Below the pieces are notes generated by a model. The model had not been told where the DNA came from. It worked only from the letters and a program-made list of their open reading frames with translations, and did no database searches. Below are positions 44,501-60,100 of a stretch of 64,000 nucleotides of DNA, piece by piece. The DNA comes from Paragordius varius (lineage: Eukaryota > Animalia > Nematomorpha): the NCBI GenBank assembly GCA_964247055.1, contig OZ176052.1, positions 9,858,001 to 9,922,000 of the forward strand. The letters run 5' to 3'. The translations under genes and the position numbers were made by a program. The number at the start of each line of letters is the position of its first letter. Position 1 is the stretch's first letter.

Positions 44501-47500
44501 TGCATTTACATTGACAATCTTTTTTTGATCCTAATAATTTCTTTTGATTTTAGGTTACATCCACTATACTTAATGCAATAACATTGAAGCCATTACAACG
44601 ACATGTTGAATTCATACGGACCAACAATATCTTCAAGGAATATTTACCCAAGTTACCTCAATACATTGCTGAAGTTTTCAATCTTACCGATACAAAACTC
44701 AATGAATATTGTGAAGGTATTTTTTTATCAAAAGATGTGATTGCTATATCTATGAATAATCATAAAATAGATTGTCAATTCATTGTGGATGAGAAAAAAA
44801 TGTGAAAATTTTTACTAAAATCTCGATAGATTTACTCGACATTCATATAACATCCGTTATTATTTTTTATATTTTTTAAACCAAAATTTATATATTAATT
44901 AAAAAATATCTTTTAGAAATTGCGATGATTCTATTTATTTAATACAAATTTTATGGGTACAGTTTAAACGATAAATAAATTTTTCTCAATATAAATTTTT
45001 TATACATTTAGATATCAATGAGTACCTTGAGAAAGCTGAGAAATGTGAAAATAATTTTGTCAAATACTCTGACTTGCTTAATGATATGTCTTTAACAATC
45101 AAAAATGTAGATAATAAATTGATTCGAATTACCAACGAAATAGATAGTTTGCAAAAAAATGATTATGATGAAGTGCCAGTAGATGAATTATTACATGATT
45201 TACAAGTAATTATTTTTGGGATGGCATTATTATTTTTACCCTAAGTTATTGCGCTAAAAATAATTTAAAAGTTATTTTTAATTGGAAATTTTTAAGACAA
45301 ATGTTTTATAAAATTTAAGTTGAAACGGCTATCTAAGTGCAGTGAAACGATGAAAAATTTGAATTTAAAATATGTATTTTTATTCAATAAACTAAACTAC
45401 GACAAATACTTATCAATTGTTTGGTGACATAAAGTAATGGAATAAATGTACCGAAAGCGTATAGATTAGTATAATTTTCTTAAGTTTTTATATCTATCAA
45501 TAATTGATATAATCAATTATATTATGTCATTCACCTAGAAATTACAAAAAGATGCCACACTCCTTGACCGTAACATTGAAAGGGGTAAAGAAATACAAAA
45601 TGTTTTTACGAATCAGTTATGCGACCTTTTAAAACGACAAAAAGTTGATGTGGACGACGTAAAATTATCCACAATAAAACCACTTATGCTTATTGAAACA
45701 CAACATAAAGCATTTAAAACGAACGTTTTGAATGGCATAGAACTTTTACAGGATATGGATAAGATTGCATTAAAAATAAAGGTATATCCAATATGTATGA
45801 TTTAATAGTTTTACACAGGTTTAAAATAAAATTATTACTTTTTTTCAGTGAAAATTAAAGTATGAAAGGAGAGTAGTAATTGTAGACATAGATATTAGTG
45901 AATTTCTTATTTATGTGGTTTTTATTTAAAAGGGCGTAATCTATATTTTATTTGTGAATAAATCATATTAGAATCTTAACTTCTAAGCATAATCTGCCAA
46001 TGTAATTTTTATAGTAGGTCACTGTTAATACCCGTCTCCACCCAAAAAAAATATTTTTCTAAATGAGAAAAATGATTAGTTTTAAACTACGTGGGTTTTT
46101 TTAAGAGTTTTATTTAATTGCTTCAATTTAAATGCAATATTTTATCAAAAAAACACAGTCTCATATCAAACAAATTTCCAAAGAAATGAATACTGTTGGC
46201 GAAAACTTGGAAGCACTCAAAATGCAGGTGGATAATTTATCGAACGATACGGATATTAATGTTGTTCGTACCGATATAAGTGATATGACTGCAAACTTAC
46301 AAAACATTAAAACTTACATTGAAGATTTGAACGAATTTTGTGCTTCATCCTTGCTCTCGTCAAATAAATCAAATAAAAAGGTAAAATTTTTCATAATATA
46401 GATTTGCAATAAAAAAATCAAAGACTGTTTTTTTCTAAATATCATATCTTTATGATTTGGATTATATATGTAAAAGGTTGAAAGATATGGTAATCGACAT
46501 TTTAAATTGAAAATCTATATCTATTAGACATATACTTTACACTTATGTTACATTATCTTTAATTGTATACCCATATATATTTTTTATATATCTATACCTA
46601 GAAAATTGAAGACCTTAGAAAACAGTATTCAGTTAACGAAAAAACGATTGATAAAATTAATGCTAGCCTTTCCCTTGTCGAGAATACGGTCAAAAAATTT
46701 GATGACTCCATATTTGATTTACAAAGCGAGATGGACCATTTGATATCTACCGATAAAAATGATTTTAATTTATCACATTATCATTGGCAAACAAAGGATT
46801 GTACTTCCGATCTTTTAAATGCCACCCAAATCCCGGATTTCTCTAAAGATTTTATAGTAAAAAAATTATCCGCTAATTTTGAATTACTTCCTACTATATT
46901 ATTACATAATTAGTAGACGATAATAAAAGTTATATGCTCAGTTAAGGGAGGGTCAGTTTTTTAAATGTATTCAAATTAATCGATTTGTGGTGTCAATAAC
47001 ATAACAAAACTTTTATTGGTGGTAAATACACTTTCTTTAGTTTTTATTTTATGAATATTATTTTTTTATACATTGAAAAAGATAATACCATGTATCAAAA
47101 ATTTGATTATAGTTTAGTTTATAATATAATTCAATTTTTCAATTCAAATTTAATCATATTTGAAGCTAAAACTAACTTTTTATACCATTTTATATTATAG
47201 TCTTACAACTCTGAGTCAGTTAAACCATTGTTGAGGTCCGCCCAACAATTATTATACGATTATGAAAATTTGGATGATATATTGGATGAGAGTGTGAGGC
47301 ATATTGACCAAAGCAAAATACTTGATGACAACGATCTAATAAACGTCAAAAAGTTATGTCAAAAAAGATTGGCTGACAAAATCAAAAATTTACAGGATAC
47401 CAATGCAAAGTAAATGATCAATAATTATTGTAAATGAGATAGTTTTTAATAAAATCATATATTTTAACCAAATAATTGTGGCTTTAAACAAATTTTTAAT

Positions 47501-48116
47501 TATACAAACAATATAAATAGAATAATTGTGTTGTGCTGTTACTAAAATATAAATGAAAAAAATATGGTTAATTTCTAAAATTATTTTTTTAATTTTAAGT
47601 GGGCTTTGTTTATTTCATTTATGGCTATTTATTTCCTTTAATATAAATTATATTAATATAAGTGTGATAAATTTGTATATATTGCCCATAATTTCAATTA
47701 AGTCTTATCTCGGTTAAAATTTACCTTATTTAAGTAAAAATATGATTTCTTTTTGAAACGAATCTTAATAAAGTCGCGCATATTTAACAACTGGATAATA
47801 CCATTATATAATTAACATTAACAATTGTATATATTTACCATTTACATTTCAAATTCACCCTCGAACAATTCAAATTTACCCTAAAAATAAATTATGTGTT
47901 GTTGAACTAATATAACTCTTTAATTATATGAAATATATCTTTATGGCATAGTTTTTTATTTTTTCAGTTTTACTTTATTTAAAACTAAATTTTTATTTTT
48001 TAAAAATATATTAAAATATAGGTAATTTTTTATCTCAAAAAACATATATTTTATTTAAGGGTGAATTGAATTCTAGGGTGAATTTGAATTGTTCGAGGGT
48101 GAATTTGAATTGTAAA

Positions 48117-48180
<64 letters not shown>

Positions 48181-51100
48181 TAATTGATCTGCTGAAAAAA
48201 AACCATTTTAGAGTTAATCAAATGTCAAATGATATTGTCGCCACAATAAACGCTTACGAAACGAATCAAACGCAATCCTTTAATCTTTTGGTTGATTTTC
48301 AAAATGAATATCAGAACCTTAGAGATAAGGCATCTACCATCCTAGTTTTAGATAATGATGATAATGAAATAACATCCAAAGATACTAAACTTAATGTCGA
48401 AAAAATATTCAACACTGAAGGTAAAATTAGTTTTTAATTACAGTATGAGTAAGTAATTGCTAGAAAGTTATTAGTTATTGCCAAATAGCATATACAACAA
48501 ATGGCGGTATTATTTACATATAGTTATTTTTTCACTTTTTACTATTATTAACCAATAATAATTCCATTTGCTGCATATGCTATTTGGCAATAATTAATAA
48601 CTTTCTAGCAATATATACTTACTCATACTGTATTTTGAACTTTAAGGTTTTTTATAATAACTTGCATCTTATTCATGAATATTTTGTTTTAGATGATATC
48701 ATGACTGCTAGCAATGGTTGCGCGCTTTACAAAACATATATTAATGATATGGCCGTTTTGGTTAAATCAGGGACAAAAGAAATGAAGGATGTTATAAAAA
48801 AATTACAGGATTTGCAGTTTAGTATCAAACAACAGGTATTAATAATTGGCATTCCTATAAAAAATGATAGTTCTTGTGTAACATAATTTATCGATTTTTG
48901 GTTCAAAGCTTTTTTTCAAAATTCTGATTTCCATTATATGGGCTAAATAAAATTATTTTTTTTAGAAATAAAATTTAACAAACCACCAATTACTCTAGCT
49001 GGACAGCGTTTCCACATAATTTTTAAAATATATGATTAACTTGTTGATTTTTAATATATCATAAGAAATCAACCCTTTGAAATTTAAAATTATTTGTCAT
49101 TTATGATTAATCAGAGATTCCCACATAATCTTCAAAATGATATCCATTCATTGACTTGCAAAAGTGAAGCTCTACTAAACTTATGTCAAAATTTTAATGA
49201 AACCAAAATGCCTGATATAATCGGCTACGTTGATCAATGTGTTAAATCAACACTATCGTTGTTAAACTTTTTTCAACAATGTAGCAATGTTTTGGACAAA
49301 AATGATTCCGCATCTAAATACTCTAAATCCGATATAAACGAAATTAAGGTTTTTTTATTTATTTTTAATAATATACAGTAGCGTATGGAATAAAAAAATT
49401 TGGTCATAATTAATTAAACAGAATTAATGTTAAAAATAACTAAAAAATGAGTTTAATTGCAACCATTTGTTGTTTTTACCATATGCCACCGTAATTTATA
49501 TGATTTTTTCCGATTTTTTAATTTCACTTTTTTGCAGTATTTGCAACAAACCATGATTGAACTAAGAGAAAGTTCGCTTTCAACATTTCTTTCAGCAAAT
49601 TATGCCTTAGTTGATATATTTGGTGGTGACACATACACTGGTACGTTCCTTAATTCCGCATGCCAAAGATATCAAAAGGAAATGGATCAAATTGAAAAGA
49701 AGATTAACACCGCTTTGGAAACTATAAAGCAAAGTGCAACGCAAAATGAACAAATTGAAGAGATTATTAAGTATTGTTTTGGTTATATAAATTACATCAA
49801 AACGTTTTTTCTTTTTATTAAATGTTATTTTCTCCAGATCTGTAAATAGCTGGTTACATTCTGCCGTTTTACCTAAATTACAACATCAACTTAATCCATT
49901 GTTGGAACCTTTGAACTCACACTTAAACAAACTTCGGGTAAATAATTTAGTTATGAATTAACTTAGACTTTGCCTAAATATGTAAACATTTAACTTTTTT
50001 ATAGCCACTTCACAATGCTGAATTATTGAATAATGGAATATTTTGTTATAAATCATATATATTTGATGTAGAGTATCAAAACGATTTTCCCCGAAAAGGG
50101 TCAGTTACTCCGATCGATTTTAGAATCCAGTGAACAGGATAATTGTAAAGACGGTAATTATATTTATTTTATTTTTATATTTTGCTAAATATGGTGAATG
50201 AAAATAATTAATTTATATGGAAAAAATATCTATAAAAAATAAATAGATATTCTTTTGAATGTTCAAAATCTCTTGAATGATTTGGAAAAGGCCGAAACTT
50301 CCTTGGACAATACCATTTTCCGAATCGAATCAATTAATCTACCGCGGGCGGAAGCATTCAATCGAAATCGAGAAGGACTCAATAAATATTTGCATGAAGT
50401 TGAAACTAAACTAGATAACTTTAATAACAATAAACCACCAAATGATAATGTTACTGTAGAAAATTTACCTAAAAACTTGGGTGATATAAAGGTAAAATAT
50501 CTAGCAATGATTTTGATTGTGGGAAATAAAATTTTATGTGAAATCAATTTTCAAAATATAATTCTTATAATAATAGTAAAATGTGCACTGTTCATTAAAG
50601 TTATTTATCCACGTGTATAAATATATATATGATAGAAATTGGAAAAAGAATGCGAGCACAAGGCAAAACTTTTGGAACAATTAAGCACATATGTAGACTT
50701 TGTAAAAGGTGAAAATAAAGGTAAATTACATAATTTTATTCAAAATAAAAAAAATGCTTCATCTATATACATTTTTATTTTTTTTATTCAAGGCTCCGAT
50801 GATGGAATTGCTTTGGAAATGATTGATTTATTGGAGAGTCTTGTAAAACAAGATACTGCGCGTTACAAATCTTGCCTGAAAAATTTTGAATCCATTTCTC
50901 AGCGTTTAGAGACCAACGATCAAACTGCTCAACATATATTCCAAGAGCTACAACAGCTTAAGCAATGGTTTATAGATGCTAACGGATATTTATCATTAAT
51001 TGATCCAAGTATATAAGCGTGATGATTATTAAATTTTTCTTATATTCCAAGGAGGAGGGACTTGGCAAAAGATTAAAATTATTTTGCATTTAAAATGGAA

Positions 51101-54100
51101 ATGTTACAACGAATATTTTTAGCCATTTCTGAAAAAATGTCATTATATATTTTAGATATGATTTATAAAGGAAAAAATATTTATTCAAAAACTTTGCCAA
51201 TTATATTTTATTATGAGTGTTGAGAAATTTAAGAGATAAGTAATATTTATGTGAATAAATAATAACCATGTCATAATTTTTGAGGGCTTAAACATCATTA
51301 AGTAACATTAAACATATGTAAATGCAAAAAAAATATTTTAAATGATCATCTTTTTATCGTAAATTTAGATAATCCACCTCTGGATAAAGACTCGAATCAA
51401 TACAGTGAAGTGTCAACTGAAGATTCCACTAGTACAGCATTATACCTTCTTGATCCTGATGCCGTGCAAAATAGATTGGAAAATTTAAAGTTGTTGGATA
51501 CGGATTTTCAATCACAAAATGTAATTTTTTTTAGTTTTCTTTCTTTCCTCTAAAAGGTGATAAAATTTTGTGATTTATAAATCTAAAACATCTTCTTTTT
51601 TCATAGTTAATATTGAAAAATATTCAAAACGATTTGCAAAAGTTGGAACGTGAATGTCCAAACACTTTTACTTTCAAACTTGACAGCTTGGATGGGTATT
51701 TTTTAAACCTTATATCATTACTGGTTTATATGGTAAAAATTTAAAATAATATTTATTAACCTTTTAAATAAAAGGCCGTTAATTTACCGATTTAATTTTA
51801 AAATAATGTTTAAAATTTAAAACATTTTACATAACCTGAAGATTGTGGAATATGACTAGATTCTTAAATGGCTCTTGTCAAAAAAACTACTTTTTTATTT
51901 TACTTTCAAAAAAATCTATTTAATATTTTAAACTTAATTCTTTAGCGATACTACCACCCCAGGTACTAGTAACATTGAAAAACTCCATGAAAATTATGAA
52001 GCGGTTAAATTACTTGCCATTCAAACCGCTGCGAAATGTCATGAACGTATAACGCTTTACCGAAAATTGGTGCCTTTACTGACCGATTTTGTTGGGACCT
52101 ACGATAATCTCGTGGCTTGGATGGATGAATTTGAAGCGCTTATGGAACAATGCCAATACCTATGCGATGAAAAACTAAGGATTGAAAAATCCTTTCAAAC
52201 CAATTACAATGATGATGTTGAAGTGATGACAGTAGAAGAGGAAATGAGTCAAATTGTTGGACAAATAAGAGAGAAATTGATGGTAAAATATGTTTTAGTT
52301 ATCATGTTTGGTATTTTTATCTGGATTATTAATTATTATATTGGGTCTAAATCAACAAAAATACCATCATAAAATTTATTTAAAACAAATAATATAGCTC
52401 AGTCTTAAAAATACGTATAAATACTTTTTAGAAGCTTTGAATCACAATTTATACAATTTTATTTGATATTTTGAATAATTGGGTTAGTTTCTTATCAAAA
52501 AACCGAAATCTTACATTCAAAGGAAAATTTTAAAAATTAATTTTTCCAGAATTATATTCATAATACATAATTTTTATGGCAGGCCCTAAAACAGCATAAT
52601 ATTGGTAACAAAGAACGTGACGCAGAACGCCTTGAAAAACATTCCCAATCAATCTTGGCCATATCAAAATCTATTTTTGCTTACAGTTGTCAGTCAGACA
52701 AAAATACTGATAAAAATGAATCTACATATGATGATCACATAAGCGATAACATAGATTCAAAGCAGAACCCTGTGGAAAAACATTTGACAGAATTAATTCG
52801 AGACTTTAGAGCTCGGTTTAATGATTGTTCCCAAGCTCAGACTTTACTACTCGGCTCCATGAATGATGCTTTAAAAAATTGGCATAAAGAAAAAAATAGT
52901 TCACGAAAGTAATTTTTGGTTAACCAATAAACATTTATGCTGATTTTCTTAAAAATTTATATATTGTTTTAAAATGAATTTATTTTGAAAATTGTTAAAT
53001 GGTGTTTTAAATTATCTCTCTCTCTAATAAAGAATTTCATTAAACAATTGTCTATGTTAATATATTATATTTAATTCCAAATAAGTTTAAATCTTGAGAT
53101 CTTCACTATTTTTCCATATCTATTGTTGAGCATTAATCTGTAATTTTCGGAATATCTGATACTCAATAAATCAACATAATTTTTCATTTTTATATTTATT
53201 TTTTTTTCATAATTTATCAATTGTCTATGTTGTATATATGTTTGTTTTAGTGATCTGAGTAGTATAAAAGATTTTACAAATAATCTCAAATTCCAATCTA
53301 CATCAACTCCTGAACACCAAACCTTGCATAAAAGAATGCATAATGAATTATTGCATGCATCACAAAGCACACTTTCCCAAATCGAAGAAGACGAGTAATG
53401 CTTTTTTTATATTTTTTTCTCCAAAAATTTTTAACAAAATTTGTAAAATGGCAATAAAACTTGAATTTTAAAGATATAAACATAAATTTCATACTTTATT
53501 TTTTGGAATTTATGATTTTTTCACTATTTAAACTTTTTAATGTTTAGAGTGTAAATTCATTGTAATTTTGGTTGAAATTGTACCATATGTATGTATATTG
53601 CCTTTGATTAAAATATTATATTATTCTTTCATCGGGCCTTCGTTTTTGATTATGTAACAATGAAATATTTTGTAGTAACCTAAATGTTGATTATTATTTT
53701 TATATTATATACATATTAAAAAACTATAAAATAGATTTCATTCCACAAGCAACAAGCTGGAAAATCTTCTGTATGAAATTGCACAAATGGCAGAAAAGTT
53801 GGCTCAAGCAGAACCAATATCCTGTTTTCCTGACAAGATTAAGGCGCAAATCAATGAAAATGCTCAAATGGTTCAAGGTTGTTGTTTTTTTTCAAATCTA
53901 TTTTAATTTTATTTTACTAAAAGAGTAAAATAGCTAACAATTGAAATATAAGGCAAAAATGAAAAACAAAACTTTTAGCTCTTTAATTACAAAAGAAGCC
54001 GTCAACTAAAAAATTGCTAGTTGTGATAGTTAAATATAAAACCGTATATTAGTAATCTTTAATTTTACTATATAACCTATATGATTATAAATTTAAAATG

Positions 54101-57100
54101 TTGTGAAAGTTTTTCCCCATATTTTAATTTCTCCTTTATATATATTTTACATAAGGAAATATTTTTGATTTTAAACTTTATATAAATTATGATTTTTACT
54201 TTTCGAATTTTACGCCTTAAATTTTTAATTTTTCCAATTTTCAGCTACTTCCCAAAAGTTATTGGCTTACACAACTGTCAAAGATAAAGCATCTACCCTT
54301 TTGAATCCAACCGTCACCCCAGTCACTCACATAAATCCACAAAACATTAGAGGTTTTTATAGTTTTATTAATGTAAATTAATTGTTTTTTTGCAGTAAAC
54401 TATTTAAACAAAACGTAAAAACAAACACATCGACAGCCATACTTGGTATAAACCTTTCTACCTAAACTATATAATTATTATTTTATTACATAATTGAGGG
54501 TATACCAATTTACATCTAAACGATGCTATATATTTAAAAAAGTATGGCTGGAAATTTTTTATAAAATATTTGTCCTCTTTAGAATTTTCATTTTTACATT
54601 ATTTATATATCTGTAGATTTGGCAGAAAAGTTGGAGAAATTAGATGAAATTTGGCAAGCACTGACAAGTACTATGGATAGCCGAGGACGAGCCCTTCAAG
54701 ACACGTTTGAGTTATCAACCAAATTTTGGGAGGATATATTTTCTCTTTTCGCCACACTAAAAGACATTCAAGATTCGTTGAAAGCTATTGATGATGATGG
54801 TAATGGTACAAGGGATTCGGGAGGATCACCTTTGACCATTTCAGTGGATTTGATGCAGGAACAAAAGGAAGAAATATTGGTTTACAAAAGAATATACTGT
54901 TGTGAAATGCTTGTTTCTTTTAATTAGACAATAAAAATTGAAATTAGATAGATGAAATGTAAAATCATAAAGATAAGTATATTTACAAAGATAACTCCCA
55001 CGTTTTTAAAAATTGATATTTATTTTATAATTTATCGTTTTGAATTGTATGAAAGAAATAAAAGCGTAAATTTTAATATACTTAAAGGTATAATTCGGAA
55101 TGTAATTATGTAATTTGTGTGCGAAAATCAAGGTATCAAAAGTTGTTTTTTAAAAAAAAATATATTTAAGTTTTTACGTTTAGTCTGTAAAATTTCATTT
55201 TTTACTGCAATTATGTGAAGAGAGCAATGATCGAACATAATTAAAACATGAAGTTTCGATTATTGCCGGTTATCGAACCTAAAATTAAAACAAAAATCAT
55301 AAACTCATGTTTTAAATAAATTCAAATTTTACAGAATTCACATAATTCCAATTAATTCAATGCAATAATATTTTATTTTTATTACTAAGAGCTAACATTC
55401 TCAAAAATTATAATTTAGCATATATAATAGGTGAACATTTTTCATATTTTATAGGCATTGAAAGAGGAACTTGAATGCGTAATCGCCCCCGAAATAAGTC
55501 AATGTAAGGAAACGGGTGTTGAGTTGCTTGAATTGACCCAAGATGACAAAGACTCTGAACTATTGGATAATGGTATATCATTTTATTTCATTTTTACAGT
55601 AAAACTTAAAATATACGGACAAGATGTAAAAACTAAAAAACATTTTTTATAAAAGGTCCTAATTTTTAAATCTTGACCTTTTAATATAACTTATCGCTTT
55701 GGGTCGCAAAATAAGAAAATGTAAATTGGTTATACACAATAATATATATTTTAAAATTGTAATTATATAGCTATAGGTAAAATCAGGATTAAAAAGGTAT
55801 GGTTGTCTTTTTGAAAAATAATAATTTTAATTTTAACGTTTGTTTATTTTCAATTAAAGTGTTATTAATATTTTACCAAGGTCCCGTATATATGGAGTAA
55901 ATTACATTTATACAGACAAAACGTAAAAAGACAAATATTTTTTCTTAAAGACACCCAACCTGGTAAACCTCAATTCTAGAGGTATATAACCTAAATGATT
56001 ACGATTGTGAATTAGACTGTTACTATATTACATCTTCCATATTAGCAACCAAAAGCCATAAGTTTTGTTAAATAAAAAATTAATGATTAATACAAAATAT
56101 ATAGATCGTGCAGAATTAGCCAGGAGTCTCGATGAATTGGATCTAGCTTTCAATAAAACCCTGCGAAACGTAAAAGAAAAAGAAGTCTCGCTAGAACGTG
56201 ATTTAGAACGTAACTTGAAATTGCACGAACTGATTGGCGATATTCAACAAGCTTTGGATGAAGCTGAAAATGGTATATATATTATATAACGCATTTTTAG
56301 AAATTTAGATTTAATTTATTTTTTTGCTAATTTGCGATGACTGCCTCTCATCATATTTTTTACGATTTCTTGGTTTTTAAGATATAACTGCTAAAAATTG
56401 TTTCGTATATTCCAATTTTATTGGCTGAAATTATAAGTCAAATAACCAAGAACAAAAAATATTAAGTTTTATCACTTATTTTACTTCTTTTTTTTAACAA
56501 TAATTTCTTCATGATTCGCATAAATTATTTTGAGCATAAAATTATATAAAAATGTTGTAAGGCTTAACACTAATGAATTTGCAGGATAAATATTTGCCAT
56601 ATCATGTAATGGTATAGTAGGCAATGCGCCTTCCTACACTGTTCAATCAAAATTTCACGATTATTTACAAAATATTTCATCCAAAATTGGGCTTAAATTA
56701 AATTAAAAAAACACAAATATTATCTAAGCAGCCCGCGAAAACATATGTATTGGATATCCCTGCTCTAAACTTTTATTTTTTATTATATAATGGTATTAAA
56801 CATTTTAGAGCTAACAGTTATGGACCAAGAAGATACTGCATTGAATCAAACGAATAATTCTCACCTCGCCGATAATGAATGCGACAAAAAGACACATTTT
56901 GGCCTAGAATTATTGGAACAAAAGGAACATCAACTTAAACAAATCAAACAAATTTTAGATCCACACGCTTTTACCATGCAACAAATCAATAATTTAGGGA
57001 ATGAAATGATACGTGATGGACATAGTATGTTTTATAGGATTTTTATTGTTTGACATTATGTATTTATCCATAAAAAGAAAAGGGCTCTAAAAAAGGATTA

Positions 57101-60100
57101 ATGGATTTAAATGAAAACAGGTGGAAGATAGGTAGGATTTATTTAAGAAGAATTAACGAGTTGATAATTTGATAGTGCCTAAATTATCAATTTTATCTAA
57201 TTTTAAATATTTTAACGCCGATTCGATCGATTCATTGTTAATTAAATAATATTTGGCGTAAGTGATGGGTTGGCGCCTTGCATAAAAGCGTTATTTTAGG
57301 TGTGATTTATAATACAGTATGCACATTTATGTTGACCATATCACATTATTGTTGGCCAATTGGTAATACAGTAGCGTATGATATAAAAATTTTATCCATA
57401 ATTTAGTAAATAAATTTAATCTTGCAAGATACAAAAAAAGTTGTGTATTTTCACCATTTGTCGTATTTTACCATATGCTACTGGATTCCTATTGGCCAAA
57501 AAAATGTAAATGTTTTAATATAAATATGCATTTTGTAATTGTTGTATAAATACTGTGTATTTCCAATGACTAAATAAAGAGAGCATACGATTACAAACTA
57601 ATCTTGCATTCCTATATTTCTTCTTGCTTTAATATAAATAGAACTAACAGCCAATAATAATATGATGGATGATCAAATTGCCAGTCTTAATGAACGATGG
57701 CAAACTTGTATGTCCGTTTTGAATGACCATGCCAGAACCCTTGATCAATGTTATAAGGCGCATCGAAATCTGTTATCTGAACTTCAGGATTGCATGGCTT
57801 GGTTGGAGGAAATTGACAATCGCTATCTTATGCCAAACTCTCTTTACTACTTGTCTAAACCGGTTTTTTTCGCATCATCATATAAAATTACTTTTTGAAC
57901 TGATTTTTTTATCTACAAAATCTAAGTATGGATTTATAATCAAATTGTGAGGTACTTTTTCATTAATTTAAGGTTAACCGAAATCGGATAAAATTTGATT
58001 AAGATTATTTTAATTTTTGAATTATAAACGATGTGTCCTGGACTTTGCCGTTAGCGCATTCTCATGCCCCATTCAACATTGCAGGGAGGTGGCAATAGGA
58101 CTTTGTTCGCCTTAACCTTCTAATTTGAATCATTTTAAAAATTATAAAACCACACTCTTCATAACTGTTTATATATTTACATCACCAATTTTTAGACAAG
58201 TTCCACCAACATTTCTTCCTCCTTCTCCACTGATCAATTATTTACGATTAATGCAATTAATAATGAGAATGATACATTAAACAGCAAAGTTGTATTGGGT
58301 CCACAAGCAGTCGCACTCGGTGGCTTGCCAGAAACCGTTCAAGATCAATTGGAAACATTTGATGTGAAAGTCATTAAGGAATTGGAGGCAGGGGAACCCT
58401 TACTACACAATTTAATGCAACGAGGAACAGAGATTATAAAGAAGTCAGGCGCAAACGCTGAAGAAAAGACGCTTTTGAATAATGATAGTTTTGATGGCGA
58501 GGATAGTTCTATTTTAGCTGGTAATAACGATGTTGATTACTCCACCCTAACTCCCAACAAATGGGAAGCTATTTCGCTTCGGAAAACATTGAATACTCTT
58601 CAAACTAAATGGGACACGGTACAAACTAAAGCACAGGATAAAAAGGTGGGAATTATAAAATGTGGTGTTTTTTGAAATGTTTATATAAATTAAATAAATT
58701 TTTATAATAAAATGATTTAAATGCAAAAATAATGTAAAAAACCAAAAACATGTTTGGGGACTAAATTGAGGTTCCATTTGTTATATTATATTTTGCTTTT
58801 AAATCTTATGAAAGGAAGTAAATTCCAGACTTTTAAGATTAAAATTATACCACCCCATTCAAATGACGAATGGAAACATGTTTTAGATTAATAAATTTAT
58901 TTTCAAACTCCATACTGTTTTTAATCAGGGTAGTGTTAAAACTGCTCTTTGTAATTTAAGTTTTGGTCCTTTAAGTAAATGAGATAAAAGGTCATTCAAA
59001 CTCTATAATGATAAAAAAAACATTGTAAAGATCATAAAATTTTAGGTGGTAAGAAAGTTATCTCTTGTATATTATAATTATAACGGATGTTAAAATTATA
59101 TATATTCAAAGTTTATAACCCCACTCCACTTATGTTTTTATATTAAATCCGTGTATTATTTAGACAAAACTTGAAGTAGCACTAAAACAAGCGGAAGAAT
59201 TCCAGAGTTACCTTAAATTATGTCATGACTCTCTGAAGGATATGGAGGAGTCTATGGAACGATATAAAGAGGAAGGCTTACCCAAAACTTTAACACGCAT
59301 TAATGCAATGTCCAAAGCTTACAATGAAAAGTATGCGTATTTCTGTTTAGAAACATATAATTTTTGATTTGAGTTTAAAACTAGGGATTGAAACGGAAAC
59401 CGTTTTATATAAATTTAATGTGGTTCCCGAGAATTTATTGGGAAAAATGAATTGGTTCCAGTTACGTTGTAGTGTAAATTTTTTTTGCATGTAAGCACCA
59501 ATTTTTTATAAAGCAAGCTAAAAAATATGCATTAATTTTTTATTAAATAAATTAGAAAGCAATATAAATAAGGCTATTGTAATAAAAAATTTTAACATAT
59601 ATTTTTAAAACAGTTTTTTTGTTTTTCAAGAACTAATGGTTCCCAATTCCGTTCACAGTGAATAATATTAGATGTTGCATATATGTTTTAACAAGAAGTA
59701 TACTTTGATTTAGTACAAAAGATTAAATTTTGATTCGCTTAAAATAAACTAATGGTTCCCAATCCGTTCACAGTGAATAATATTAGATGTTGCATATATG
59801 TTTTAACAAGAAGTATATTTTAATTTAGTACAAAGGATTAAATTTTGATTCGCTTGAAATAAAATGTATTTCTTAATTTTTATTCTATCTATAACAGTTT
59901 CCTAACGCTCGTGGAAAATTACAAGACTGTCCAAGCCCCGAAGCTCGATAAACTTGGGACACGTTTACTTTACTTTTGTCACAAACCGGATTGTATCGTG
60001 ATTAAAAATAGTTTGATAAATGCCCGACATAGGTGGGAAAAGATGCAATCATTGGCTCAGGACTATAAAAGACGCATTGAAAAAACGTGTAAGGATTGTC

